Shown one piece after another: positions 38,171 through 51,512 of a DNA stretch of 64,000 nucleotides. This DNA is from Lama glama (taxonomy: Eukaryota). Both the position numbers and the translations under genes were made by a program. The stretch lies in contig CM052816.1 of the NCBI GenBank assembly GCA_028534125.1, positions 24,988,001 through 25,052,000 on the forward strand, in the 5' to 3' direction. Each line of letters begins with the position of its first letter. Position 1 is the stretch's first letter. Under the pieces are notes generated by a model, which made no database searches, had not been told where the DNA came from, and saw nothing but the letters and a program-made list of their open reading frames with translations.

Positions 38171-38769
38171 TATATAACCAAGAGCTGAACAAAGAAAAAT
38201 TGATCTGTTGTGGTAACTAGATTCTTGGACCCATTAAGGACCATCAGATCAACTTTACAATTTAGTGTTACCATTGATTGGTTTATTGCCTTTTTTCCAG
38301 AAGGAAGGACCTTGAGCCTGACAGAGTTTGGATGACCTGCATGACATCCCTAGTTACAAAGTGACATGTTAAATCTCACTCATTTTAATGTTCAGGTGTT
38401 TAATAGTTATGACATTTATAGTTTCCATTATTTGGATCTTAAGTTATTTGAATCATTTAATTCATTCAGTTGTCAGTATTTATTCATTGCATTTATAATG
38501 GATAAGCATTGAGAATTAAAGTCAATAAGTTAAAGTCCCTGTCCTTAAGGAGCTTGCAGTCTAGATTCCTGATCTGCAGCAAGTAGTAACTAGGAAGAAA
38601 CACACTGGTTGTGACTCGCCTTACAACTACATTCATATACATACAGTCACATAGCAAACATTATATCCTCATGCATTGTCTTAGTAGTGTGTTAAATTTC
38701 ATAGTCTTGACATGGTTTCCCTTTTCCATTCTACTGGGAATTTTTTTCTAAAAAAGGAAAAATGGGCAT

Positions 38770-39012
38770 AGTGGCAGAGTGAGTTTGTTGCCCTTCAATA
38801 TCCATTTTCCTCCACCAGAACTCCTGTTTTTGGCTAGGCAAATTGACATAGCTTTTTAAAAGTACATTTCCTAGTCCATCTTGTTTCTAGATACGATGAG
38901 AATCAATGAGAGCTCTCCTGTGGGACTTCTCAGATGTTTCCTTAAAGAAAGGACAATTACATCTCTTCCCCTTTTCTCTTGTCCTGCTGCCTGGAGTGCA
39001 CATGGAGCAGCT
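38770..39012 (+). mobile_element. MLT1 (MLT1J/K-like) LTR partial
   Basis: tgtgggacttctcagatgtttccttaaag ... cttttctcttgtcctgctgcctggagtgcacatggagcagct. Confidence 0.6.
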
Positions 39013-41486
39013 TTAAATAAAACTTCTATTCTGTATAGAATGAGAGAAAAAAACAGGAACATAGTCTTTTTTGCCAAATCCTGCCATGTTTTAATATACC
39101 AAATTCAATAACAAAACATAGCAGTGTATCTATACTTTTGGTACTGAAGATATATAACAAATGATGTTTTGTACTCGATTATATATCTTAGGAGTGAGTG
39201 AGTGCAAAAATTGATTTATTATAATTATCATAAATCCCTTATCAATTGTGATCATATATGTATGGCATAAGAATTAACTTTACATTATTACTGAGGAGAA
39301 AATAAATTGTTGATAAAATAGGTAATCAGTCAGTACTCAGGATATCCAACAGATAATTGATCTGCACCTTTATCTCCTCTATTCTTATAAGAAAAATTGT
39401 CGAGAAATGACAAATGTTGACAACCATTATTTTCCTAGACAATATAATTATGAAATAGCCAATTAGACTTGGAGTTTCAAGTCGATATTTTGATAGCTCT
39501 TCAAGATAAAGCATTCTTTTGATAGTGGCCAAAATTAAGGGCTACATTAAGAAGAAGATTTTCAATAAGTGATTTAGCCCTGTGTCTAGCACAGTATAAT
39601 TAATGATATGTCTATAACACTGCCAGAGCATTAAGTGAAATGTACTAACAAGTGCTATTGCATTTTTCATTTCTAATTTGATGATTTGCTTTACATTAAT
39701 ATAAATGAAATAAAATTAATACTAGCTCATAGGGTAGCAGCCCATTTAATTTGCTTGAATATTTTCAGCCTCTTTCAAGTAATATATTTCATTTCAATAA
39801 TAAAATGGCAGCATTTATTGTTTTTCATTTTAGAATTAAAAAATTTTGTGTATACTTCTAAATTTCTTTTCAACTTCTGCCATTCTCTGACTCAAGACAA
39901 AACATCTTAAAATGTTTTTAAAATTAGGTCTTAGTCAAAACTTTTTTCTTATACAATAAAAGAAAGTAAAGAAATCCCAAGGAAAATACCATTTATTTTC
40001 TGGAATTAAAAGCACTCCATTTTCTTTGTAACTAAGACTGTGCCGTATTTGTCATTAATCATTTCTACTTGCTTTTCATCAGAAAAGTGTATTTTGTCCA
40101 TTTTTTCCTTCTTTTGTGATTACTGAGAGAAGATTACATTTATTTTAAGTGGAGCCTGTTAGTTAACATTAGGGGTTACTTGAAAGAAAAAAACATCTTT
40201 GTAAAAACTTATTACTTTTAGGGGGTTGAACACAAAATTTACTAACCAAAATGAAAGCAAACCCAAAAATCTCTGAGCTAGCTATTATAAAGCAGTGTAA
40301 TACAAACTAGAAAACATATGGCTAAATTAATGAGCAAAAAGAATAGAATTAAAGGAGTGATAAGTGTGGGTAAAGAGGGTTCGGGGAAGTTCTGAAGATG
40401 TGTATATTGCAGTGATGCACACATGTTCTGACCCTAGTCGCAACAGTAGGCAAAGGGTCATAGAAGGACAAAAATCTTGCAACACATTATCTCTGTGCTT
40501 AATTGTGAATGTCTTTCTAAGTTAAAAAAAAAAGTGCATATGTTAACATTTCTTTTGGGGAGCTGGAATTGGGCAGTTTGAAACATTCAGACATGAAACT
40601 GTAGGGGAGCATAGTCTTTTTGTCTATACTTTGCATTTCTATTGCACCTAATGTCTAAATATTCAATACAAATTGATGCACATTGATTTTGGCTCTCAAC
40701 TTTGGAAGACAGTAGGAGGGGAAAATCATAGGTACCGGACAGAGGGAGAGGCAGGCAATCTCTTTGGAGGCATGCATTTGCAATGCTCCGTTTTTCTGGT
40801 TTAAGGAAGGAGGCTGACATCCTTCTTAGGATGAGAGGAGAATGTATGACACGAATAAAAGGCAGATTTCACATGGAAGGTTTATACTCTCTCTTAACTT
40901 ACAAATTTACCCCTTGGGGGTAGTCTGAGCTCATTCCTTGTGCTGTGCTGATATGTGTGCACTGTGCCCTGCTTTTATTGACTTTTGAGGGAAAAGCAAA
41001 GACAGTCTCAGAGTAGAGCAGAAGAAAGTGACTGGGAGGGAATCTCTTTGTTTTCCTTTGATTTGACTCTGGATCCTATAACTTCTGGCTGCATCCCTAA
41101 GACTGGTCTAGTCCTGTCTTTACCATGTTGGTTTGCTGGCAGTGAGGAACATTGCTTTACCTGAGCTACAAACAGTATTTATGGATCCGGTATTTTCACT
41201 TGTGTGTAACCTTGAAGATGTTATATATATATAATCTTATATATATATAAATTACATATAATTTTTTACACTTCCCTGTGAAATGCTGTGATCTGTATTT
41301 TGTTTTTTGTTCGGTTGTCTTAAATGGAAGGATTAGACCAGTTTTCATAGATGGAAACTCGACATTTTTGCTGAACTCTCTTTTATGTAGAGGTGGTTAC
41401 ATACAAGATAATTTAAAAATCCCATGCTGTATTACCAAGTAATAGCAACAAAAAAACAAGAACAAAAAGACTTCTTTTTATAAAAG

Positions 41487-44341
41487 TTGTCAGTTGTAGG
41501 TTAGTTGTCCTTGTGAGCATGGGTTTATTTCTGGTCTCTGAGTTTTATTTCATTGATCTGTGTCTGTTTTTGTGCCAGTTTCATACTGTTTGATTACCAC
41601 AGGTTTTTAATATAGTTTGAAATCAGGAAGTGTGATAACTCCAGCTCTGTTCTTCCTCAAGATTATTTTGGCTATTCGGGATGTTTTGTGTTTCCATACA
41701 AATATTAGAATTATTTGTTCTAGTTCTGTGAGATATGGCATTGGCGTTTTGATAGGGATTGCACTGAATCAGTAGATTGCTTTTGGTAGTATGGACATTT
41801 TAACAATATTAGTTCTTTCAGTTTATGAGTACAAAGTATCTACATTTTTTGTATCTTCTTCAATTTGTTTTTCATCAGTGTCTTAACAGTTTTCAGTGTA
41901 CAGGTCTCCTTGGTTAAATTTATTCCTAGATATTTTTTTTTGATGCAATTGTAAATGGGATTGTTTTTAAATTTCTCTTTCTACTAGTTTACAGCAGGTA
42001 TTTGTGTATTGATTTTGTACCCTGCAACTTTATTGTATTCATTTATTATTTCTAATAGTTCTTTGTGGGAGTCTCAGGTTTTCTATATGTACTATTATGT
42101 GCCTTTTTTTTTTCTTGCCTAAGTTCTCTGGCTAGGACTTCCACTATGTTGAATGACATGTCAATAGTGAGCATCCTTGTCTTGTTCTTGATATTAGAGG
42201 TTTGTTTTTCTGTTTTTCACCATTGAATGTGATGTTACCTATGAATTTGACATATGTAGCCTTTGTTATGTTGAGCTATATTCCTTCTGTAACCATTTTA
42301 TTGAGATTTTTTTTATCATAAATGGATGTTGAATCTAATCAAATGCTTTTTCTGCATATCTATTGATTTTTATCCTTTGTTTTGTTAATGTGGTATATCA
42401 TGTTGTTTGATTTGTGGATGTTGCATCTCTGGAATAAGTCACACTTGATCATGGTATATGATCCTAGTAATATATTGCTGATATTTTGTTGATTTTTACA
42501 CCTATGTTTTTCAGAGAGATTGGCTTATAATTCCCTTTTTTCGTATTGTCCTTGTCTGGTTTTGGTATAAGGGTAATGTTGGCCTTTTAAAATGTGTTAG
42601 GGAGCACTTCTTCCTCTTCAATATTTTGGAAGAGTTTAGGGATTAAATTTTCTTTGAATGTTTGGTAGGACTCACCAGTGAATCTGTCTGGTACTGGACT
42701 TTTGTTTGTTGGGAGGTTTTTGATTACTGTTTCAATCTCCTTATTAGTTACCATATTGATCTGTTAAGATTTTGTATTTCCTCATGATTCAGTCTTGAAA
42801 AGTTGTATGATTCTAAGAATATATCCATTTGTTCTAGGTTATCCAATATGTTGGCCTAGAGCTGTTCATAGTAGTCTGTTATAATCCTTTGTATTTCTGT
42901 AGTAGCTACTGTAACTTATCCTCTTTCATTTCTGATTTTATTTATTTGAGACTTTTCTGGTTTTTTTTTTAAGAGTGTCTAGCTAAAGGTTTTTAATTTT
43001 GTTGTTTTTTTTTTTGGAGAACCAGCTCTTAGTTTCTTTAATATTTTCTGTTGTCTTTTTAGTCTCTATTTTATTTATTTCTGCTCTGCTTTTACTATTT
43101 CTTTCCTCTTACTTACTTTGGGCTTTGTTCTTTTTCTGGTTCCTTTACATATAAGGTTAATTGTTTATTTGAGATTTTCTTATTTCTTGAGATAGGTTTG
43201 TCTTACTATAAACTTCCCTCTTTGTACTGCTTTTGCTGTATCCCATTGGTTTTGGTATGTTTTATTTTTATTTTTATTTTTATTTTTATTTGTCTTTAGG
43301 TATTTTTTTTTGATTTCTCCTCTGACTTCTTTGTTGACCCAGTAGTTGATTTCTAATTTCATACCATTGTAGTCAGAAAAGATGCTTTACATGATTTCAT
43401 TCTTCTTAAATGTATTGTTTTATGCTAAACATATGATGTATCCTTGAGAATGAACCATTTGCACTGAGGATACTGTGTATTCTCCTGCTTTTGTATGGAA
43501 TGTTCTGTGTTTAGCTGTTATCCATCTGATCTAATGTTTGATTTAAGGCTGTTATTTCCTTGTTGGTTTTCTCATGTGTGACCTGTCCATTGATGTAAGT
43601 GAAGTGTTAACGTCCCCTACAGTTCATGTGTTGCTTGGTGCTATAGCACAAGTGTTTTTGCTTCTCTTACCCGAGCTGCCTTTGGCAGAGGTATCACTGT
43701 TTTATTTGTTGTTGCTGCTTATGCCTCTGGTGTTGCTAGTGCTTTGCTGCTGTCAGTGTTACTGCTGTTACTGAAATTGCCACTGGATGCACCAGGATAG
43801 TGGGCTCCCTTGTCTTGTCTGGAGTCACCTGGGTCATGGGCACTGCTGCCCTGGTCATAAAAGGGGGAAAGAGTGAGAAATCTGGGCTTAAGGTCACCTT
43901 CACTATGCCTAGGGTTGTCATCTTTCCAGGTGCTGCCACCATGGGCAGGGGGGCCAGAGTCATTGGTACCCCTGCAGCTGGAGGGACTAGGGTAACAGGC
44001 TTCACTGCTGCTGCTGTCTGGTTCTCTGTGGACTGTGAGTACTGCTGCAGTTGTGAGACTAGAATTGTTTGTACTGCCTCTGCTGCTCAAACCGGGTTCT
44101 CTGTGGGTGCAGCCTCAGTTGCCAGGGTCGGGTTCATGGGTACCGCTCTACTGTTCCCCAGGTTCCACCTTCTCTGTGTGATCTAATCAAGTAAGCTTCA
44201 GATTTACATATGTGTGTATCTCTCTAGCATCTTGATTTGTTGGATAGAAGAATCTTTGTTGAGTTATGGATATTTTACTAGTTGTAGATTGAAAGGAAGA
44301 GACAAAAGTATCTCATGCCTCTATGATGCTGATGTCACTCC
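41487..44341 (-). mobile_element. LINE-1 with ORF2 EN/RT region (~41487-43620) fused directly to GC-rich 5' UTR (~43620-44341); ORF1 and 3' end absent
   Basis: Antisense ORF2, including the ORF-track peptide ...TYQNQWDTAKAVQRGKFI.... The EN motif region (gtgttaacgtcccctac) at ~43605-43620 abuts a GC-rich segment ending gctgatgtcactcc (reverse complement GGAGTGACATCAGC, an L1 5' start). Confidence 0.9.
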
Positions 44342-45197
44342 AACAATTCATTTTTTAATTGAATTTGCAGCAATTTCAATTCTGAAGAATCTGAATTTTA
44401 AAAATGATTAATAAACAGCAACCTTTACATCATTGAGACACTGAAAAAATAACTAGAAGTAAGTTAACATTGTCTTAAATTATGAAAAATGTCACATGAG
44501 CATTTCACATGGCTGATAAACAAAACTAAATTACTCAGTGAATATGTTCTTAGGGAATAACTGGCTTCTGGGAATGGGCTAGGCAATTTGAAGTTATTTA
44601 ATCAGATAGTTTTTTAGATGAATGAATGGTTGAATGAATTAATTATACAAAATTGAAAGAAAAGTTTTACAGTCAGCAAATAGATTTGGCATGAAGATAA
44701 AGATTTCCAAATACATTGCCTTCTGAAAATGTTAAATCACATGCTTAACTCAAATGCAAGTTGTCAGAATGGACCACGTGTTCTACTTGAAAGAGCTAAT
44801 TGGTTTGCATTTAGGGAATCTAACTTTTACTCTCAGCTGGCTAGGTAACATTGGATTTCCTTTAACCTTTCTGTTCCTTAGATTTCTCAACTTATATTGG
44901 GGCTCCTCAACATTTTAAAATCTGTAGTTTTACTCAGCTTATTTTCAGGAGATTAATTACTAAAAAAACTGACTATTTTTGTAACAGTTTGATGGACATA
45001 TATTCATCATTATGTAGATACAAAAGCAATATTTCAATGTCTGCAAATTGTATACACCTGTTTGCATGTTTAGTTCAAATCAATTTCTTATCTGCTTCAC
45101 TCGTAATATGAAATTCCTTTGAATATGATGCTCCTTTCTTACCAATATTTTATTTCCTACAATTTGTAGTAAAATAGCTGTTAAATGAAATTGTTGG

Positions 45198-45365
45198 ATT
45201 GGATTGCATGTTCTGTATCAGTAGGATTATGAGGGGTTTCATGTCATGGTTGTTTGTGAAATAATTTTATAGCAGATGTTAAATATTTAAATATTTGAGG
45301 AATTGGATTGAATATTCCATATCCCTAGGATTATGAGAGGTTTCAAGTCACGGCTGCTTGTGAAA
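45198..45365 (+). repeat. Diverged direct repeat, two 64-bp copies (45198-45261, 45302-45365)
   Basis: Ungapped hand alignment gives 53/64 identities, with a period of 104 bp. Confidence 0.9.
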
Positions 45366-45574
45366 ACACATATTGAAGGTAGGATTTTTGTGGTACTAGA
45401 GGTACATGAACTTAGTCTTGTAAAAATCATAACCTTTGTTCACTCTCTAAAGCAGTTATGAAACGTGTATTTGAATTTATGTTTCAATAACAAATGTAAA
45501 CAATAGCATATATAACTGTCCAGGTTATTTAAATAGTATTCTTAGTTAATGAAGAAAGGAGGAAAACAGCATTA

Positions 45575-45800
45575 GTATTTAATCTTATCCATTATGCATC
45601 TGACACTTCATTAGGAACTTTATAACATCACTTCATTTACTTCTCACAATGGTTCTGTTTTATCTCCTTCAGTTTCCTTTAAGGAAGTTCAGAGGAGTTA
45701 ATAAATTGCCCCAAATCATGCTGATATTAATGAGCAGAACCCAGAACCAATTCAGTGTATCTGTCCCCAAAGCTCAAAGACTTTCCACCAAAGTAGAGAA
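45575..45800 (-). mobile_element. MIR SINE
   Basis: aacatcacttcatttacttctcacaa ... gttcagaggagttaataaattgccccaaatcatgctg ... ctgtccccaaagctcaaagactttccac. Confidence 0.7.
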
Positions 45801-46116
45801 CCATACAATTATAGTAGCTTAAAAGTCATTGAGTAATCCCTGAAAGTGGCTTCCATTCATCATTTAGTGAAAGACTCTGTCCTTGGTGCTAGATTGCAAA
45901 AGTTAAGAAAGACAAGGTCCCTGTTCTCAGGGAGCTTACTGCCTAATAGGGGCAGGGGGAAGCCAATAAATAAATAAAATAATTTCATATCCTTTCTTTT
46001 ATTTAAAACAAATGAACAAAATCCCTAGGTAATATATGTATTATTTCCTTCGCTCCCAGTAACTAAAATAGAAAGCATTTCCATTAACTTAATAATGTAG
46101 GTACTGTAAAAGTTTA

Positions 46117-46621
46117 CAGAATACCTCATTTTATTGTGCTTCACTTTATTGCATTTCTCAGATACTGCTTTTTTTTTTTTTTAAACAAATCGAAGGTTTG
46201 TGGCATCACTGCATCAGGCAAATCTGTTGCATTGTTTTTCCAACAGCATTTGCTCACTTTGTATCTCTGTGTCACATTTTGGTAATTCTCATGATACTTC
46301 AGACTTTTTCACTATTTTAATATCTGTTATGGTGATCTATCATTAGTGATCTTTGATATTACTGTTGTAGAAAGATTACAACTAGTTGAAGTCTCAGATT
46401 ATAGTTAGCATTTTTTAAGCAATAAAGTGTCTTTAAATTATGGTATTTAATTTTGGGGGGCATAATGCTATTGCACACTTTATAGATTACAGTATAGTGT
46501 AAACATAACTTTTATATGCACTGGGAAACCAAAAAAATATTTGTGAGACTCACTCTACTGTGATACTCACTTTATTGTGGTGATCTAGAACCAAACCTGC
46601 TATATCTTCAGTGTACACCTG
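46117..46621 (+). mobile_element. Internally deleted Tigger1 derivative (Tigger1a_Art-like MITE, TcMar-Tigger), 505 bp
   Basis: ta|cagaatacctcattttattgtgcttcactttattgc matches the Tigger1 5' TIR. The 3' end aaacataacttttatatgcactgggaaacc ... tatcttcagtgtacacctg matches the Tigger1 3' end. No transposase body. Confidence 0.92.
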
Positions 46622-46624
46622 CAT

Positions 46625-47510
46625 AAAATAAATTATAAAACTCTAGTGCTTAAAAGAATGTGATATTGGTGGAAAAGTAGATCATTGGAACAGAAGAAAA
46701 ACCCAACAAAATACTGCCGTATATGAGCAGCAGTTCCATTTGCAATAAAGATGGCATTTCCAATCAATGAAAAATGATAGACTGCTTAAGCAGATGGTAT
46801 TGGGATGGTTGAAAATGAAGTAGGAGAAAAGTAGGTTAGATACAGATTTTATCTCATGTACACACACACACACAAACTTTAGATTGTTTTAAGAACTAAA
46901 TAAGCAAGTAATTATTAATGTTGATGTTTTATAATCTTGACCTGAAATATGTATGCATGTATGTGTGTATACTTAGGATGAAATCTATATTCTAAGTCTA
47001 ACTAACAGTTATGATAAAGATCTGATAGTTTTGACTATGGAGAAATTTAAAACTTCCACAGGACAGAAAGTGTATTAACTACCCTTACAATTAAAAGGCT
47101 GACAAATATGACACATTTGCATATTCTGTATGAGGAAAGAGTTAAGCTTTTCAAAATACATACAAGTTAACTTTTAAAATGATAAGCCTTTGGAAAAACA
47201 AATAAAGCCATGAAGAAGTGATTCACAGAAATTTTTTTAAAAGATAGGAAAATACATTCAACTTTGCTAGTTGTTAAGGAAATATAAATCAAAATTAAAT
47301 GCTTCTTTTTGGTTACACATTAATAACAGATTTTTAAATTTATGATCTGAGATTTTGGCAAAGGACCAAGAAAGTATATTCTCATAAGCTGTTGATGAGA
47401 GTGTAATTTGGTTAAGATATTTTATTGGGATGCTTGTTAATATCTATCAAAACTTAAAATTCTACTCATAGAGTTAATGATTCTACTTTTATTAGTTTAT
47501 ACTGTAAAAA
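46625..47510 (+). mobile_element. Old L1 ORF2 C-terminal/3' fragment
   Basis: gtgatattggtggaaaagtagatcattggaacagaa ... aagatggcatttccaatcaatg ... aaatttaaaacttcc ... gttgatgagagtgtaatttgg. Confidence 0.7.
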
Positions 47511-48604
47511 TTTCTGGTTCTTTAGTGGTCAGTGCAGTCAGGTGTCAGTATTCAATTTACCTGTAAGGTATTAGGAGTAAGGCTTGGCAATATTTCCTGT
47601 GTAGGAGCCTGGGAACCAGGAAGCCCAGCCTCTGGTTAATTCCAGAGGATCTCATTTATCTGAAAATAATTATCTGATAAATATTTTCTTTAACTTAATC
47701 TATTTTAAAGGGGGACCAAATTTCATAGAAAATAGTAAAATATAATATATTTAGAATTTTTGAGAAATAAAAGTATTATAAAAAGAAATTTGTGTGTGAA
47801 GTTTAGATTTTAATTGCTTCTGTGAAGTATTTCTTAGCACTTGGTATAGTACTTCTAATAACATTTTATGATAGCATGATACTGAATCCCCTCCTTAAGA
47901 GTTTTGCAGCAAAATCATTAGCAGAACCTCAATTATTCCAAAATCTTCTCTTTTACTTTAATAATGAAATGATTACTTTGAAACATCTGTCATGTAACAG
48001 TGTGTAGTAGGTGTCAGTTTCTTCTTCTGCCAATGTTAACTGATTTAACTGTGCCATATCTATATTATAATCATTTCTGTGATTTTAGAATTTTTCCCAG
48101 TTTCACATCAGTGTGATTTTAGCACAAAATACATTCCTTGTGTGAAACTTGTGGTATCATGTTAAAAATCAGTTTGCATTAATATTACATACTGTTCTAA
48201 AACAACAGATGTAAATGCAGCATTCAGTAATGAACAGGAGCCAGATAATTAAGAGGTGGTCAGACGGGAAAGAAGCCAGTGCTGTACAGTGAGGAAAATC
48301 TGAGAGAGGACTGCTTTTAGGGGTATCGTTTTATTACATAATACTTTTCTATCTCAAATTCTCCTTTCATACACAGTAAAATTGAGGAATTATTAATATT
48401 AAAATTACTCATTCACACACATAAGTTACTATATAGATTGTAGTAGTACAAAATTTTGATATACCTCAGTGTCCTTAATAGGGAAAGAATTAAATATGTA
48501 ATGGTATATGGCATGGAATACTCTTCATTTGCTAATTTACTCATTTGGTCGTACATTTGACAAGCATTTATTGAGTTCTTATTAGATATCATGCCCAAAA
48601 GACA

Positions 48605-48842
48605 CTAATTCCCAGAATCATCAATCAACTAGATCTAGCTGACATTTATAGAATACTTCAATCAGCAACAGCAAAATGCACATTCTACTTAAGCTCACGT
48701 GGAACATTTACCAAGATGGATCACATACTGGTCCACAAAATATACTTCAACAAACTTACTAGGATAGAAATCATACAGTGTATGTTCTCAGACCATAATG
48801 GAATTAAATTTGAAATCAATAACAGAAAAATATCTTCTCCCA
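48605..48842 (+). mobile_element. L1 ORF2 endonuclease-domain fragment
   Basis: Translates HGTFTKMDHILVHK...IEIIQCMFSDHNGIKFEINNRK, the end of the L1 EN domain including the SDHN motif. Confidence 0.9.
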
Positions 48843-51512
48843 AAATAACAATAATGGCAAGCCCTTCAAATCTTGGATCAACTCTGGAAGAATGGCAGAA
48901 AGGGGAGGGGAAGAAATAATCTGGAATTGATTCATTTTAAACCCAGAATTAAACACATGTAGATCAGGAAGGATTTGGGGAAAAGAATTTTCACATGCAT
49001 GTGTACATACAAACAGCATGAGAAAGGGAATGAGAAAGAGACAGAGACAAAAACAAACGGTGAGAAAGAAAGGAAGACATTCTAGTCAATGAAAAAAATA
49101 ATTTTTGCATGAGCATTTAGTTAAGTGACCACTGAACAATAGCAATTCAGATTCATTTATTGCAAATACATATTTAAGAGTTTCATATTTACAGTTTGAT
49201 ATTAATTTTTTTACAATTTAAATGTGGTTTTATTCCAAAGGATTGTATCAGTTTTATTTCGGTAGATAAATAAATAGTAATTCACTGTGTTTTCAAAGGA
49301 ATTAATGTTACATGAAATGTCCTATTTAACTGAAAACTGTTATTGATTTTAAACTCAGTAAATTGTGGTATGTTTATATTTCAGTGTAAAACCAATCTGC
49401 TTAATATACATGTAAGAAAAAAATCTCACAAATCTCTTTTCTTAGTATATATCAAAATGCCAGTGGTATTCTTCAATATTTTCTGGTTACTGGGTATTAT
49501 ACAGGCACAAGCACTCATATAATGAAAAAAAAAAGTTTGTCATATAAATGATGAGATAAACTCAAAGGGAAATGATGAAAATACATAGAAAAACATGCTC
49601 TAAGCTATGTTTACTTGCAGTCTTTGCAGATTGACAGTTCAAATTGTGACTAGAGGAAACAGGAATTAATTGCATTCAGTCTTTACAGCTATACACACTG
49701 ATGTTCCATAGAATGACAAGTTGGACAATACATTAGTATGGGTCCTTCTGGATGGATTCTTCTCTCCCTTTTTAATGGCATCAGTCAGTAGCAATTTCAG
49801 ATCTACTGTCTACAGCCCAAGCCCAGGGCAAGAGCCTCCTGTGGCACATGACCTTTTTTCTTTCTTTCCTTACAGTTCCATTAGTCTTTTTAATCGATCT
49901 AAAGCGACAAGTTTATGTCAGCTAGCATTGTCTTAAACTAACATTACTTTGCCAGAATTTTCCAAACAGTTTAACAGCTGTTCCTTTTCATAAAAAATAA
50001 AAGATTGTATGTATTATTCAGCTAACTGTGTTTCAGGGAAGTAAAGAAAAGTATGCAGTGGAAATTGTAACTTTTCTGTATCCTAGTAATTTTAACCTTG
50101 CCTACGTTTTCAGAGTGCTTTTACAGGGTGAAATAAATTGAAATTGAAAAGCTAGAAATTGGTACTATGGGGGTATTTCCTGAGGTTTTTTAGCAGTCAT
50201 TTTCCTTTTGGAATACTTTACATTTTATTACTTGAATTCAGTTTCTTTTATGGGAGAAATTAATTCCTGCATACTTATCTTTCATAAATCATACACACAT
50301 GCCTGTGTCTACACACACACACATGTTTGCCCCAATTGTAGCTTTCCTTCTGTTCTTGTTCTTTGCTGACCCAAATGCTCATATTCTCTCACATACAGGA
50401 TAAGGAACAATTCAGTTATCATGGTACTTTGTGATAATTGATATCTGTGCTAAATAATGAGAATAATCTATTTACTCAATGACTGTCCCTATCTTGGCTC
50501 ATTCTGATGGAATCATACAATTATATTCTAGTTGAATAGAGAATAGATAAGATGATGCCCCAAATTCTACAAGTTTATCTTACACGGAGGTAGAATGTTA
50601 CTATATATAGAACTATTTGGACATGTCCTTTGGGGAAAAGTAGCAAATATCTATTTTGAATAGACAGCCACTTTCCATCAATCTGAAGCTTTTGTGGCTG
50701 ACACATATTGTACTCTCTCATCACTAGACAGATGCTAAATGTTCACATAAAGACAGTATCTGCTCTGAGAAACTGTACAGCCAATCTGTATTCATATGTG
50801 GAAAGCCAAGATGAGGCACTTACAAGAATTCAAGTTCAAAAAGGAATCTATCAGATAAAGGCAAGGTTCAACAGCTCTTCAAAGGCAGAGGGATAGAGGT
50901 TGTACAGATGGGGAAGAGGGATTATACATTTTCATCAAGTTGTAAGTAGAATCTTGTTTAGAGATTACTAAATCATTATTAGTAGTACTTCATAGAGATC
51001 TATAAAAACTAGAATTTTATTACCCTTCTCAAGAAATTATAGCATGTTCAAAAGGAAAGGTGGTAATCTTTGATATTCTAGAAGTTTATTCATGAAACAG
51101 TAGTTTTTTAAAAGAAATTATTATTGTGCACTCTCCATTTTAACTATGTTTATCCAATGATTGGCTCTATTATTCCTAGGACTTAGATCTGCCCCAGCAG
51201 GAAAGGAATGAGAAGGTAGACTGCTTGGTACAGCACTTTCTAAGTTTTCTTGTTTCTGACTCCTTGTGCCTCACAAGAAGGCTGGTGTGACTCACACCAC
51301 GCTGTATTTGTGTACTTTCTGCTTGCTTTCTGGGTTTTGTTTACTTCCTGACTCTTTCTACCAGTCTCTGCCTCACCTGACCTTGGCATTCTTTTTGTCT
51401 GAATGACTTGAAGAGATACATGTTTAAAAGTAAAAATATTAGAACGGAAATTAACTGGGGGCAGGAGACATCTTGTTCTTAGCTATTTACAAGCAGCTAG
51501 AATGATACTTAG

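Noticed and set aside
39326..39532. 68-aa minus-strand ORF in a segment retaining a few CpGs
   Set aside because: No recognisable motif, no ATG at the called start and no splice context.
40540..41200. GC-elevated segment that might be an ancient LTR
   Set aside because: Could not identify termini, TSD or family from sequence alone.
43574..44411. Several overlapping ORFs up to 128 aa on both strands
   Set aside because: They lie in the GC-rich 5' UTR of the antisense L1, where stop codons are naturally scarce. No recognisable protein.
47629..47648. CCTCTGG-TTAATT-CCAGAGG palindrome
   Set aside because: 7-bp arms are expected several times by chance in 64 kb.
50037..50161. Apparent 14-nt microexon (50037-50050) plus exon 50114-50161 reading GSKEK-VLLQGEI...EIEKLEI
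   Set aside because: The implied intron is only 63 nt and the second part needs a frameshift. Too weak to list, though worth rechecking if the pseudogene chain is confirmed.
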